A stretch of DNA of 64,000 nucleotides from Planctomycetota bacterium. Lineage in GTDB: Bacteria; Planctomycetota; JAJSAM01; JAJVHW01. Under the pieces are notes generated by a model that was not told where the DNA came from, searched no databases, and saw only the letters and a program-made list of their open reading frames with translations. The stretch spans positions 160,001-224,000 of the forward strand of contig CBDFJG010000003.1 of assembly GCA_965248445.1 (NCBI GenBank), given 5' to 3'. This document shows, piece after piece, positions 9,763 to 21,911 of the stretch. The position numbers and the translations under genes are program-made. Numbering within the stretch: position 1 is the first letter of the stretch; every line of letters begins with the position of its first letter.

Positions 9763-11853
9763 TCAGTCAAGCGACTCGTCGAACGCCTTCTGGAGCTTGC
9801 CGATCTCGGGCTCCAGTACGCGGACGAATGCGTCCGCCGCAGACTCGCCTCCGAGGAGCGCGTCACGGTACGAGAGCAGGAGCTTGTTCAGCTCCGGGTC
9901 TGCCTGCATCGCTCTCACGAGCTGAAGCGACTGCGCGTAGTGCAGTCCGATGTCCCCGCTCTGGAACTCGGCCGTCGACATGGTCAGAAACTCGCGTACG
10001 GGCCGCGCCGCGAGCGCGTGCCGCGGGTTGTCGGCGAACGGGTTCGACTTCTCGCCGCGCATCTCGCCGAAGACCTGCGCGAGGCCTTCGTTGAACCAGA
10101 GCGGGACGTCGTCGGCGAACACGTGCAGAAACTGGTGGAAGCCCTCGTGGCGCACGGTGTTCTCGAGGTTTGCGGTCACCTCCGGCACCCACAGCGCCAG
10201 CTCGCGAACGAGAGGCAGGTACACGCCCGCAGTCCACGACAGATCGATCTGCAGGTCGCCCGCGTACCCGAGGTACCCCTCGCGACTCGCGAACACGTAG
10301 ACGCGTGCCTTCGGAGCGCGAGCAGGCGGAGCCCCGAGGAACTTGATGTAGGCCTCGCGCATCTTCTCGAGTTCCTGCGCCGTGTCGTAGCAGACCTTCT
10401 TGCCGTGGTCGCTCGACACGATGTAGTGCTTCGACTCGTAGTCGAACCGGCGGGTCCACTTGGGTCCCTTCAGTGCACGGAGGGTCCACGTCTCGAGAAG
10501 CTGCGTGTCCTCGTCCTCGTGTCCCATCGTGACGGCCGTGCGGATCGCTTCGGCGGCGGCCTCGTGATTGGCTTCGTACAACTCCGCCAGCGCGAGGTAG
10601 TGGTGGACGTCCGGTAGATTTCCGATGCGGTCGCGCACCGCGAGCAGGTCCTCGCGGGCGCCCGCGATGTCGCGCAGGCCGTAGCGCACCTGCCCGCGGA
10701 GCGCGCGGGCCAGCGGGAAGTCACCGTCCTCCTCGATGACTTTCGTGAACAACTCCTCTGCCAGCTTGTTGCGGTCGTGTGCGAACGCATCGATCGCGGC
10801 GAGGAAGTTCGCTGTGGAGGGTGGCAGGTCGTCGCTGATCAGGCTCGCGAGCGGCATCGGAATGCCGTTCAGAGCCGATCGCACGATCAGACGGAGGGCG
10901 GACGCCGTGCGGCCGCCGGGGGCGTCGCCAGGGAGCAGGTCGTAGTCACCCGTGTCCGGCGCGGCGTCCACCGGGACGTCGGTCAGCCACTTCGGAACGT
11001 GCTCGTCCCGCTTGTACGACTCCTGCTCCCACTCCGCGTACTTCTCGGCGTGGTGCTGACCCTCGACGCGGCGGAAGAACCGCTTCTCGAGGCGTCCCTT
11101 GATCTTGATGTTGCTGAAGAACGGTCCCTTGAACGCGATGTAGCCGGACTTGTAACGACGGTCGTTCGCCGTGAGCGTCTTGGTGCCGCCCATCTTGACC
11201 GTGAACTTGAGGCCGCGCCGCGCGATCTCGATCGTCCCGTAGCGGTTGGTGTTCGTCGTGTGCGCGGCAGATTCCACGACCTCCAGACCGTCACCACCGA
11301 CGCGAAGGAACTTGCACGGTGCGCGCAGGTTGTGTCCCTGGCGGACGCCCGGGAGGATGACGTACCCGCCGTCCTTGTCGGGATCGAAGCAGAGCAGGAT
11401 CATCGACTGATTGAGATCGCGGTCGATGTAGTGGCACTTCGTGGAGATGTCGAGGGTGCCCTCGAACTCGAGCGGCAGGATGTGCATTCCGTCCTGCTGC
11501 AGCCAAGGTGCGCTCTTCGCGTCGTCGAACGAGAAGGTCACGGTGCGCGACGCCCAGTCGAGGCGGGTGCAGTCGGATCCCCAGATCGCTTCCCCCGTGA
11601 TCCGTCCTGCGGCGGTGCGGTAGAGGGAGAGCTTCAGGTCCTCCTCGAGCGACTTCAGGTGGCCGCGCACCGCTGCGTCGCCCTCGTGTTGCGCGAAGAT
11701 CTGCTGGATCGCTTTCGTGGCGTCCTTCCACCGTTCGCCTTCGACGAGAGTGCGGACGCGCGCGACGTCGCCTTCGAGCGATCTCTCCTGCGCACGCACC
11801 GCGGGCGCGGCTGCCACGGAGAGCAGCACGGCGAGCAGACCTAACCGGAACAT
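9763..11853 (-). CDS. Secreted TPR protein with C-terminal HExxH (DUF1570/peptidase MA-like) domain
   Basis: Signal peptide, TPR-like helices, VRHEGFHQF...PLWFNEGLA. Confidence 0.75.
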   Translation of the reverse strand: MFRLGLLAVLLSVAAAPAVRAQERSLEGDVARVRTLVEGERWKDATKAIQQIFAQHEGDAAVRGHLKSLEEDLKLSLYRTAAGRITGEAIWGSDCTRLDWASRTVTFSFDDAKSAPWLQQDGMHILPLEFEGTLDISTKCHYIDRDLNQSMILLCFDPDKDGGYVILPGVRQGHNLRAPCKFLRVGGDGLEVVESAAHTTNTNRYGTIEIARRGLKFTVKMGGTKTLTANDRRYKSGYIAFKGPFFSNIKIKGRLEKRFFRRVEGQHHAEKYAEWEQESYKRDEHVPKWLTDVPVDAAPDTGDYDLLPGDAPGGRTASALRLIVRSALNGIPMPLASLISDDLPPSTANFLAAIDAFAHDRNKLAEELFTKVIEEDGDFPLARALRGQVRYGLRDIAGAREDLLAVRDRIGNLPDVHHYLALAELYEANHEAAAEAIRTAVTMGHEDEDTQLLETWTLRALKGPKWTRRFDYESKHYIVSSDHGKKVCYDTAQELEKMREAYIKFLGAPPARAPKARVYVFASREGYLGYAGDLQIDLSWTAGVYLPLVRELALWVPEVTANLENTVRHEGFHQFLHVFADDVPLWFNEGLAQVFGEMRGEKSNPFADNPRHALAARPVREFLTMSTAEFQSGDIGLHYAQSLQLVRAMQADPELNKLLLSYRDALLGGESAADAFVRVLEPEIGKLQKAFDESLD

Positions 11854-11875
11854 GCGAGACCCTCCGGGCACGAGT

Positions 11876-12292
11876 CTACGCGACCGGTGGCTCCGCCATC
11901 GCGGTCCGCACCGCTTCGGGCAGAGGCGTGCTCTTGCCGTCCGGGCCCACGCAGACCATCGTCACCCGCCCGGTCGTCGCGTGCTCCCCTCCGCCGACGG
12001 GCAGCAGCTCGTGCTCCCACGTGAACGACGAGCGGCCGAAGCGCGCGATGCGGCTCGTCACGTCGAACTCGTCGCCGCTCCGGATCTGCACGTGATACGT
12101 GACGTCCTGGTGGATGACCATGATGTGCACCCCGTGGTCCTCGGGGATCGAGTCGTACGTCAACCCGCGTTCACGCAGGTAGACCAGCCGGCCGTGCTCG
12201 AACCACTGCAGCGAGACCGCTTGGTTCAGGTGCCCGTACGCGTCGATCTCGTACGAACGTGCCTCCACGCGGAGTACGGACGCGCCGCTCAC
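11876..12292 (-). CDS. Acyl-CoA thioesterase, 4HBT/YbgC-like hotdog fold
   Basis: EIDAYGHLN motif, FGRSSF. Confidence 0.85.
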   Translation of the reverse strand: MSGASVLRVEARSYEIDAYGHLNQAVSLQWFEHGRLVYLRERGLTYDSIPEDHGVHIMVIHQDVTYHVQIRSGDEFDVTSRIARFGRSSFTWEHELLPVGGGEHATTGRVTMVCVGPDGKSTPLPEAVRTAMAEPPVA

Positions 12293-12328
12293 CTTCGTCT
12301 CTTCGGCACGGGCCTCTCCAGCACGGGG

Positions 12329-15142
12329 TTACGCCGTCTCCAGCCGAATGGCGCAGAACTTGAACTCGGGGATCTTGCCGGCCGGGTCGAGCGCGTCGTT
12401 CGTCAGCAGGTTCGCGGCGGCTTCGCGGAAGTGGAACGGGATGAACACCGTGCCCTTCGCCGTCTTGGTCCCGGCCCGCGCCTTGACGCGGATCGAACCG
12501 CGCCGCGAGGTGAGCCGGACCATGCCGTTCTCCTCGACGCCGATGCCTGCGAGATCGTCCGGGTGGACCTCGCAGACGGCCTCGGGCGTGATCGCGTCGA
12601 GCGCCTTGCTGCGCCGCGTCATCGAACCGGTGTGCCAGTGCGTGAGCAGTCGACCGGTGTTGAGCACCATCGGGTACTCCTCATCGGGCAGCTCGGCCGG
12701 CGGGATGACCTCGGCGGGGGAGAAGCGCCCGCGTCCGCTCGGCGTGGGGTAGCCGTCGCCGAACAGGACGATCGTGCCCTCGGAGTTCTCCGGGTCCGGA
12801 CAAGGCCAGATTTTCCCGCGGCCGTGCAGGTGCCGGTATCGCAGGCCCTTGTACGAACTCGTGAGATCACTGAACTCACGGAACACGTCCTCGACGGTCT
12901 CGTACTCCTGCGGGTAGCCCATGCGCGTCATGATGTCGCACAGGATCTCCCAGTCGAGACGCGCGTCGCCGGGCAGCTCGAGCGCCGTCTGCCCGAGCTG
13001 CACGCGGCGATCGGTGTTGGTGAACGTGCCCGTCTTCTCGAAGTAGCTCGAGGCGGGCAGCACGACGTCGGCGATCTCGGCCGTCTCGGTCAGGAAGATG
13101 TCCTGGACCACCAGGAAGTCGAGCTGCATGAACGCGTCGCGGGCGCGCTGCACGTTCGGATCGCTGAGGAACGGGTTCTCGCCCATCACGAAGAGGCCCT
13201 TGAGGTCGCCGGTCTCCGCCGCATGCGCGATCTCGACTACGGTCAAGCCCGGCTCGGGCTCCAGATCGACGCCCCACGCGCTCTCGAATTTCTCCCGGAT
13301 CGCGGAATCGCCGACCGGCTGGTAGTCGGGGTAGCATATCGGGATCAGCCCCGAGTCGCTGGCGCCCTGCACGTTGTTCTGGCCGCGCAGCGGATGCAGG
13401 CCGGTACCGGGCCGGCCGCAGTTGCCCGTCATCAGCACGAGGCTGATCAGCGAGCGTGCGTTGTCCGTTCCGTGGACGTGCTGGCTGATACCCATGCCCC
13501 AGAACACGAGCATGGCCTTCGCGTTGCCGATCGTGCGCGCGATCGTGCGGATACGGTCCGCGTCGATGCCGCAGATCGGTGCAGCGACCTCCGGCGTGTA
13601 GCGCTCGACGACCTCGCGCAGGGCTTCGAAGTTCTCGGTGAACTTCGCGATGTAGTCGTCGTCCTGCAGATCCTCTTCGAGGATCACGTGCATGATGGCG
13701 TTGTAGAACGAGACGTCCGAACCCGAACGGATGCGCACGTACTCGTGGGCGTGGTCGGCCAAATCCGGCCGCCGCGGATCGATGATGATCAGCTTGGTGC
13801 CCCGCGCCGCCGCCTCCTTGATGAACGTCGCTGCGACGGGGTGGTTGGACGTCGTGTTCGTGCCCGTGATCAGCGCGACGTCGGAGTTCTCGATGTCGCG
13901 ATAGATCGTCGAGACGGCGCCGGAGCCGATCGTCTCGAGCAACGCCGTGACGCTCGATGCGTGGCAGAGGCGCGTGCAGTGGTCCACGTTGTTCGTGCCG
14001 AACGCCGTGCGCACGAGCTTCTGGAAGAGGTATGCCTCCTCGTTCGAGCACTTGGCGCTGCCGAACCCGGCCAGCGAGCCACCGCCGTGCGTCTCACGGA
14101 TCGACTTGAACTTCGACGCGACGAGCTCGAGCGCCTCGTCCCATGTCGCCTCGCGGAACACCGACAGGATCCGGTCGTAGTCGAAGAGATCGCGGCCCTC
14201 GCGCGTGCCGTCTGCCTTCCCGATCATGTCGTCGCTGAGCGACGCCTTCGGATAGTTCTCGGTCTTGCGGATCAGCGGCTTGGTCAGCCGGTGGGGGTGC
14301 GACGCGTAGTCGAACCCGTAGCGGCCCTTGACGCACAGGCGGCCGTCATTGCCGCTCGGCTTGCGCCCGTCTGAGTAGACGACGCGGTTCGCCTTCTCGT
14401 CGACCATCAGGTTCACCGCGCAACCGACGCCGCAATACGGGCAGACCGACTCGACGACCTTCAGCTCGGACGCCGGCTTGATCTCGCCGAAGATCGACTT
14501 GTTCGTGAGCGCCCCGGTGGGGCACGCCGCTGCGCACTCGCCGCACTCGACACACGTCGATGCGCCCATCGGCGCGTCGAGGTCGAACGAGATCTTCGTC
14601 TCGTAGCCCTTGCCCGACCGGCCGATGACGTGGTTGCCCTGGATGTCGTCGCACGCGCGGATGCAGCGGTCGCACAGGATGCACGCCTGGTGATCGACGT
14701 CGATGACGGTGCTGCTGTCGTCGGTGACCCGGCCGTTGCCGCCCGGCCAGCGCGAGGGTTCGGCGCCGAGTTCCGTCGCGAGTGCGAACAGCTCGTCGTC
14801 GCCGGTCTTGCCGTCGCGGGCGGAGTCCGCGTGCTGGTCGGCCATCATCAGCTCGGTCAGCACCTTGCGGTTGCGGCGCACGCGCTCGTTGTCGGTCTCG
14901 ACGACCATCCCCGCGTCGCAGGGCCGGACACAGGATGCGACGAGCGTGCGCGCGCCCTCCACGTCCACCACGCACATCCGGCAGACGCCGACCGGTTCGA
15001 GTTGCGGGTCGTGGCACAGCACGGGCACCGTCAGGCCCATCTCGCGGCAGGCGTCGTAGACCGACGTGCCCTCGGGCACCGTGATCTCGCGGCCGTCGAT
15101 CGTGAGCGTGACGTTCTTGACGCTGGAGTGCGTGGCGGTCAT
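12329..15142 (-). CDS. fdhF: Formate dehydrogenase alpha subunit (Cys-type) with N-terminal 2Fe-2S and 4Fe-4S domains
   Basis: CRMCVV, CILCDRCIRAC, CVECGECAAAC, CPYCGVGC, NVDHCTRLCHASS, PLRGQNNVQG, KIPEFK. Confidence 0.93.
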   Translation of the reverse strand: MTATHSSVKNVTLTIDGREITVPEGTSVYDACREMGLTVPVLCHDPQLEPVGVCRMCVVDVEGARTLVASCVRPCDAGMVVETDNERVRRNRKVLTELMMADQHADSARDGKTGDDELFALATELGAEPSRWPGGNGRVTDDSSTVIDVDHQACILCDRCIRACDDIQGNHVIGRSGKGYETKISFDLDAPMGASTCVECGECAAACPTGALTNKSIFGEIKPASELKVVESVCPYCGVGCAVNLMVDEKANRVVYSDGRKPSGNDGRLCVKGRYGFDYASHPHRLTKPLIRKTENYPKASLSDDMIGKADGTREGRDLFDYDRILSVFREATWDEALELVASKFKSIRETHGGGSLAGFGSAKCSNEEAYLFQKLVRTAFGTNNVDHCTRLCHASSVTALLETIGSGAVSTIYRDIENSDVALITGTNTTSNHPVAATFIKEAAARGTKLIIIDPRRPDLADHAHEYVRIRSGSDVSFYNAIMHVILEEDLQDDDYIAKFTENFEALREVVERYTPEVAAPICGIDADRIRTIARTIGNAKAMLVFWGMGISQHVHGTDNARSLISLVLMTGNCGRPGTGLHPLRGQNNVQGASDSGLIPICYPDYQPVGDSAIREKFESAWGVDLEPEPGLTVVEIAHAAETGDLKGLFVMGENPFLSDPNVQRARDAFMQLDFLVVQDIFLTETAEIADVVLPASSYFEKTGTFTNTDRRVQLGQTALELPGDARLDWEILCDIMTRMGYPQEYETVEDVFREFSDLTSSYKGLRYRHLHGRGKIWPCPDPENSEGTIVLFGDGYPTPSGRGRFSPAEVIPPAELPDEEYPMVLNTGRLLTHWHTGSMTRRSKALDAITPEAVCEVHPDDLAGIGVEENGMVRLTSRRGSIRVKARAGTKTAKGTVFIPFHFREAAANLLTNDALDPAGKIPEFKFCAIRLETA

Positions 15143-16950
15143 CGAGTGGGTGCTCCCGCGCAGGTGAGATCGTCGAGGCAGAGCTCTGTGACGAGAGCCG
15201 GCGGTACGCCGCCGTCCTCCGCCCAACCCTGGGCCTCGTAGTAGCTTGCGATCATACGAGCGAGGCCTTCCCGGCTCAACGTGGCGCGGACCCCGTCTCC
15301 GAGTTCGAGCGGCTCGTCGAGGAAGCGGTCCGGGAGCGTGTCCTCGGCCCGGGTCCAGCCCTCGCGGACGTTGTAGAGCTTGCGAAGGGTCACGATCCGG
15401 CGCCCGGCGCGGCGCAGTTCGTCCCCGTCGATGTCCCAGCCGGTCACTGCGGAGAGCATCGCGGCACCCTCCTCGTAGACGTCCTCGAAGACGCCACGCA
15501 GGAACTTGCAGAGGATCAGGCTGTCCAGGACGGCCGCCTGCATCTCGGTGGCGACCGCGGCGGGTCCCTTCGACGCGTCCGCCGAGAGCCGGTTCTCCCC
15601 GGCGGCGAGATCGTGCTCGTACGCACCCGATCGATTGTGGTCCGCACCCCGCGCGGCGACGGCGAGACCGAGCGCCATCGTCTGGAGCGCGCGGGGCTCG
15701 TAACCGGGCAGCTCCATGCCCTTCACGTGTGCGGCAAAGCGCGGCGCCTCGCCGCCGATGGCCTGCGCCGCGCGCATGGATCCGTCGGCTAGGAGTTCCC
15801 CGAGACCGCGCCGCTCCGCGATGTCGCGGAGCAGAGCCTGCACGCCTGCTGCGTCGCCGAACTGCGGGGCGGCGTCGAGCAGGCCACGCCGGCGGCAGTC
15901 CATCGCGAACGCGATCGTCCCTCCGGCGGAGATCACATCGAGGCCCAGCTCGTCGCAGAGCGCGGCCGACTCGAGGACGGCGTCGCGGTCGTCGATACCG
16001 CACAGGGGGCCGAGGGCGAACAGCCCCTCGTACTCCATGCGGACCTGCTTGCCGCTCTTGGTGGCGAAGACGTGCTCGCAGCCGATGGTGCACGCCGCGC
16101 AGTGCTTGCGGACCGACGGGAGCGCGTGCAGCGCCTCGCCCGAGACGCGTTCCGCACCGTCGAAGGAGCCCGTGCTGAAGTTCCGCGTCGGCAGAGCGGA
16201 CAGCCGGTTCATCACGAGCAGATTCGTGACGGTGCCGAGTTCGCGGTACTTCGCGGTGGCCGGGCCGAGACTTCGCTTGGAGAGGTCGCGCGCGAACGCG
16301 ATGACGCTTTCGGCGTCCGCGAGCGGCGTGCGCTGCTTGCCCCGTGCCACGACACCCTTGAGCAGCTTGCTCCCGAACACGGCGCCCAGACCGCCGCGTC
16401 CTGCGTGTCGTGAGTCGCCGGAGATGGTGGCGTAGCGCACGAGCCGCTCGCCCGCCGGTCCGATGCCGAAGAACCGGAAGCGCTCGCCCAACCGGCTCCG
16501 GATGCTCTCCTCGGCGTCCGTGGAGGAGAGTCCGGCGAGCTCCGGGGTGGTCTCGATCCGCACGTCGCCGTCGTCGACCACGAGCACCGACCAGTCGGGG
16601 CAGGTCCCCCGTACGACGAGCGCATCGATGCCGCAGGCCTTCAGTTCGATCGCGAAGCGGTCGCTCGCCAGCGCGTCGCAGATGCGATTAGTGAGTGGAG
16701 ACTTGGCGATCACCGCGAACTTCGCCGACGTCGTCAGCGGCGTTCCGACGAGCGGAGACAGCGAGAAGACGACGGGCGCCTCGGGAGCGAACGGCTTCAC
16801 TCCGCGCGGTGCCTCGGAGTGCAGCAGCCAGGCTCCAATTCCGACGCCGCCGATCAGCCGCCGCAGGACGTCGTCGGGAATGTCGTCGACGCGCGCCGAT
16901 CCGGAGGTCAGATCGACGTGGAGCACACGTCCGTGATAGCCGCCGGTCAC
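15139..16950 (-). CDS. aor: Aldehyde:ferredoxin oxidoreductase (tungsten AOR family)
   Basis: AKSPLT, GRGGLGAVFGSKLLK, CAACTIGC, DELGLD, KGMELPGYEPR, DSLILCKF, DTLPDRF. Confidence 0.93.
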   Translation of the reverse strand: MTGGYHGRVLHVDLTSGSARVDDIPDDVLRRLIGGVGIGAWLLHSEAPRGVKPFAPEAPVVFSLSPLVGTPLTTSAKFAVIAKSPLTNRICDALASDRFAIELKACGIDALVVRGTCPDWSVLVVDDGDVRIETTPELAGLSSTDAEESIRSRLGERFRFFGIGPAGERLVRYATISGDSRHAGRGGLGAVFGSKLLKGVVARGKQRTPLADAESVIAFARDLSKRSLGPATAKYRELGTVTNLLVMNRLSALPTRNFSTGSFDGAERVSGEALHALPSVRKHCAACTIGCEHVFATKSGKQVRMEYEGLFALGPLCGIDDRDAVLESAALCDELGLDVISAGGTIAFAMDCRRRGLLDAAPQFGDAAGVQALLRDIAERRGLGELLADGSMRAAQAIGGEAPRFAAHVKGMELPGYEPRALQTMALGLAVAARGADHNRSGAYEHDLAAGENRLSADASKGPAAVATEMQAAVLDSLILCKFLRGVFEDVYEEGAAMLSAVTGWDIDGDELRRAGRRIVTLRKLYNVREGWTRAEDTLPDRFLDEPLELGDGVRATLSREGLARMIASYYEAQGWAEDGGVPPALVTELCLDDLTCAGAPTR

Positions 16951-16966
16951 CAAGGGGGAGACGGTA

Positions 16967-17815
16967 TCACCCCCCTGCGAGGGCCGAGAGGAGCACCAGC
17001 CGGGCGTCCGCCTCGAGCGGGATGTCCAGGTCGTCCACGAACGTCATGGCATCGAGGCTCACGCGCCAGTGGCGGGCGGGGCAGCCGGTGATGTCGAGGA
17101 CGTCGGGAACCAGCGAGGGGTGGCGGTCGGCCAGCGCCAGCAGCGCGCCGTGGATCGTGTCCGCGTGCACGTGCGCCTCGGCGACGCCGGAACGCGCCCG
17201 TGCCAGGTCGAACAGCTCGATCGTCACCATCGGGAACGCATCGCGCAGCGCCGCTGTGTAGGCGTCCTCGTCGTTCAGGTTGCGCAGCGAGGAGAGGTCC
17301 GGGTCCACGCGGCGTAGCGCATCTTCGCCTACGCGCGCGGTGGGGACCTCGTCGTACAGGAACACCGGGCGCAGACGGCCCGCAGCCAGAAGCGCCGAGA
17401 GCGGTTCGACGACGGAGCGGCGGTAGACGGCACAGAGCGGATGCGTGAAGCCCTCGGACTCGGCGACGGCCACGTCGTGGTCTGCGAACTGCTCGAACAG
17501 CAGGTCGATCAGCGCCGGGCGCAGGAACGGCACGTCGCACGAGGTCGCGAACGCGTCGCCCTCGACGGCCCGGAGTCCGGGCACCAGGCCGCCGAGCGGA
17601 CCCTGGTCTGGCACCTCGTCACGCACCACGCGGACGTCGTCCGGCAGCGTCGGCAGCTCCTGTCCCGGCCGCGCCACGACGATGACCTCGTCGACGGCGT
17701 CGCCGACGACCGCGACGACGTGCTGCAACATGCGCTGCGAGCCGAAAGGCAGCCAGGCCTTGTCACGGCCCATACGCCGGCTGCGACCACCACAGAGTAC
17801 GAGGGCGCTTCTCAC
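16967..17815 (-). CDS. mobA: Molybdenum cofactor guanylyltransferase fused to a C-terminal MoaD/ThiS-like sulfur carrier
   Basis: LCGGRSRRMGRDKA, GPLGG, CDVPF, HPLCAVY, then a MoaD-like segment ending LAGG-stop. Confidence 0.88.
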   Translation of the reverse strand: MRSALVLCGGRSRRMGRDKAWLPFGSQRMLQHVVAVVGDAVDEVIVVARPGQELPTLPDDVRVVRDEVPDQGPLGGLVPGLRAVEGDAFATSCDVPFLRPALIDLLFEQFADHDVAVAESEGFTHPLCAVYRRSVVEPLSALLAAGRLRPVFLYDEVPTARVGEDALRRVDPDLSSLRNLNDEDAYTAALRDAFPMVTIELFDLARARSGVAEAHVHADTIHGALLALADRHPSLVPDVLDITGCPARHWRVSLDAMTFVDDLDIPLEADARLVLLSALAGG

Positions 17816-17913
17816 CGCGTCGACCCTACCGTCCGGCTTGGATCGACCCGCGCTCGCTCCCCGGGTGCTGCCGCGGCTGCTAGGCTGAGGGGGGACGGCG
17901 CGAGGAGGCGACG

Positions 17914-18435
17914 ATGCGGACTGTGGCCTTGCTGGGTGTTCTTCTTCTCCTGCCGGCGGCCTGCCGATCGCCGGAGCCGCCGCCCCCGAAGATCGTGATC
18001 CCGACGGCTTCGTTGCACCCCACGAACGAGGCCCTCCTGGAGTATCTCGGCGAACCGGTGCCGTGGCCGTCCGACGTGGAAGCGGCATTCACGGCGGAGG
18101 GGCACCGCGCGGCCTTCGCGGCGGCCTGCGAAGGCGTGGGAGCGGAGCTGCTGCGCTTCGAGACCGACGCCTCGGAGTTCCCCCTCGTCGTCGGCGTCGA
18201 CGTGGTCTATCGCGATGGGAGCCAGCACGCGGGAACCGTCGGCGGGGCACTGCCGTCGCCGTACGAGTGGTCCGGCGGGACGTCCTCGGCGTGGGACGAG
18301 GACGGACGTCGGCTCGGGCGAATCGTGTCGTGCGTGGTGCCGCTGGATGTCGTCGCTCCCGACCACTGGAACGCGGTCCTGCGTCGTCGAGGAGTTCGTG
18401 TGGATCGTCTCTACCAGGCCATGCGCGACGACTGA
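17914..18435 (+). CDS. Hypothetical lipoprotein
   Basis: RBS GAGGAGG, lipobox PAAC; lies opposite to the surrounding operon. Confidence 0.65.
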   Translation: MRTVALLGVLLLLPAACRSPEPPPPKIVIPTASLHPTNEALLEYLGEPVPWPSDVEAAFTAEGHRAAFAAACEGVGAELLRFETDASEFPLVVGVDVVYRDGSQHAGTVGGALPSPYEWSGGTSSAWDEDGRRLGRIVSCVVPLDVVAPDHWNAVLRRRGVRVDRLYQAMRDD

Positions 18436-18439
18436 GCGA

Positions 18440-18948
18440 TCAGCCCTCGACCGTGGCCAGGAAGGCGTCGATCTCGGCGCGATCCCGCAGCACGATCACG
18501 CGATCCTCGCCAACGGCCTCGCGGGCCAGAGCCAGATGGTGCGGAACGCGCGTGCGGTTGAAGTTCAGCACGTACCAGAAGAACTCCCAGTCGACGCGCT
18601 CGATGCACCCCTCGGTCATCGACGAGCGCGTGCGGCCGCGGTACTCCCACCAGCGGGCGAAGATGCGCCAGACCGCGAGCGGTGTGGGGCTGGTCAGGAA
18701 CAGGACCGTGTCCGCACGGGCGAGCCGCACGTCGATCGAACTCGTGTAGTTACCGTCGGTGACCCAGGTGTCGCCGGCGAACTCCCCGAGCTGCTTCTCG
18801 CGGAACTCGTCCTTAGTCGCGTGTTCCCAACCCGGCGTCCAGTACAGCTTGTCGAGATGTACGACCGTGAGATCCAGTCGTTCACCGAGCCGCTGCGCCA
18901 GCGTCGACTTTCCCGCGCACGCAGCGCCCATGATCATGATGCGGCGCA

Positions 18949-18949
<1 letters not shown>
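18440..18949 (-). CDS. Adenylate-kinase-like P-loop protein (topology modulation protein/FlaR-like)
   Basis: [31 protein letters not shown]. Confidence 0.8.
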
Positions 18950-20298
<1,349 letters not shown>

Positions 20299-20300
20299 CT

Positions 20301-21911
20301 TCAGGCCGACGTGCGCTTCGCCACGTCCTCCGGAAAGTGCTGCAAGACGCTGGTCGCCGGGTTGAGGACCACCTGGCCGAGCCCGCAGATGGACGTCAGG
20401 CGCAACACCTCGTCGAGTTCGGGGAACACGTCGAAGTCGTGCCCGTTGCCGTCGCCCGCCAGCACGCGGTCGAGGATGTTGACGGCCTTTTCGCTGCCGA
20501 CGCGGCACGGGACGCACTTGCCGCAAGACTCGTTGCGGAAGAAGCGCACTACGTTCGCCGCGAGGTCGAGCATGTCGGTGCCCTCGGCGATGTAGAGCAC
20601 CGCGCCCGAGCCGAGCATGCTGCCTGCCTTGTCCATTGCGTTCCACTCGAGTGGCGTGTCCTGCAACCCGGCCGGTAGGAACGGAGCGCTCGCACCACCC
20701 GGGCAGAACGCCTTCATCGCAGCGCCGCCGCGCATGCCGCCGCAGTACTCGTCGAGCAGTTCGCGCACCGTGGTGCCCATCGGAACGCAATACACGTCCG
20801 GCTTCTCGATGTGGCCCGCCACCGACAGGAACTTCCAGCCCGTGCCGCCGTTCTTGCCGTGCGCCTTCCACGCGTCGGCGCCCTCGCTCAGGATGGTCGG
20901 GACGAACGAGTAGGTCTCGACGTTGTTCATCAGAGTGGGCTTGCCGTGGATGCCGTGATCGGTCGGATAGGGCGGTTTGTTGCGCGGCTCGCCCCGCTTG
21001 CCTTCGAGCGCCTCGATCAGCGCCGTCTCCTCGCCCAGGATGTAGCCGCCCGGCGAGACGAAGATCCACGCGTTGACGCCCAGGTCATCCAGCAGGCCGA
21101 GATCTCGGACGCGATCGATCTCTCGCTGCATCGCCTTACGCTCGCGCTCGTACTCGTGTCGGATGTAGACGATGCCCTCGTCGGCTCCTCCAACGAGGCA
21201 GCCGAGCAGCAGGCCCTCGACGACCAGGTGGGCGAGCTCCTCGAGGATCACGCGGTCCTTGAACGTGCCGGGCTCGGACTCGTCGGCGTTGACGACCGCG
21301 TACTTTTTGTCGCCCGCGGCGTCGCGGACGAAGCGCCACTTCATGCCGGTGGGGAAGCCCGCGCCGCCCATGCCCTTGAGCTCCGCGTCCTGCAGGATCT
21401 TGGGGATCTCCTGCCGCGCGTTCTCGACGTCGGCCATGTACCGCCGCAGGACCGAGTAGTGATCGTCCGACGACTCGTACGGGTCGCTGGCCCACTTGCG
21501 CGGGGCGCTGGTCGGCTCGTCCGGCGGGATCGGCTTGTCGCCCTTGGCGGCCGCGATCACGTCCGCCGCGCTCCAGCTCTCGAGCGGGACGTCGTCCACG
21601 CACGCTGCGGGGGCGACCTCGCAGCGACCGAGGCAGCTGACCTCCTCGACCTCGACGTCCAGCGTGCCGGAGAGTCCGGCTCGAATCGCGGCGATGTAGC
21701 TGCAGCCGTCCGCGATGTGGCACGCCATGTCGCGGCAGATCGCGACGGTGGACCGCGGCGGCGGCGTGGTGCGGTAGTGCGGGTAGAAGCTCGTGACCGC
21801 CTGCAGCTGATACAGCGGGATCAGCGTCTCGCCGGAGAACGCGCTGAGCGTCTCCTCGGACAGCCACCCGTGGCGGTGCTGCAGTTCGGTCAGCTGCTGG
21901 AGCAGGTTCAT
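20301..21911 (-). CDS. nuoF: NuoE-NuoF fusion (NAD(P)H-binding diaphorase subunit)
   Basis: N-terminal 2Fe-2S ligands (CRDMAC, CLGRC), [42 protein letters not shown]. Confidence 0.92.
   Translation of the reverse strand: MNLLQQLTELQHRHGWLSEETLSAFSGETLIPLYQLQAVTSFYPHYRTTPPPRSTVAICRDMACHIADGCSYIAAIRAGLSGTLDVEVEEVSCLGRCEVAPAACVDDVPLESWSAADVIAAAKGDKPIPPDEPTSAPRKWASDPYESSDDHYSVLRRYMADVENARQEIPKILQDAELKGMGGAGFPTGMKWRFVRDAAGDKKYAVVNADESEPGTFKDRVILEELAHLVVEGLLLGCLVGGADEGIVYIRHEYERERKAMQREIDRVRDLGLLDDLGVNAWIFVSPGGYILGEETALIEALEGKRGEPRNKPPYPTDHGIHGKPTLMNNVETYSFVPTILSEGADAWKAHGKNGGTGWKFLSVAGHIEKPDVYCVPMGTTVRELLDEYCGGMRGGAAMKAFCPGGASAPFLPAGLQDTPLEWNAMDKAGSMLGSGAVLYIAEGTDMLDLAANVVRFFRNESCGKCVPCRVGSEKAVNILDRVLAGDGNGHDFDVFPELDEVLRLTSICGLGQVVLNPATSVLQHFPEDVAKRTSA

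Noticed and set aside
13960..13990. Selenocysteine formate dehydrogenase
   Set aside because: The active-site codon is TGC (RLCHASS); no in-frame TGA
11717..14374. Long antisense ORFs (this one, 35441-37999, 48355-50325, 57230-59275 and others)
   Set aside because: Shadow frames of well-supported genes, expected in high-GC DNA
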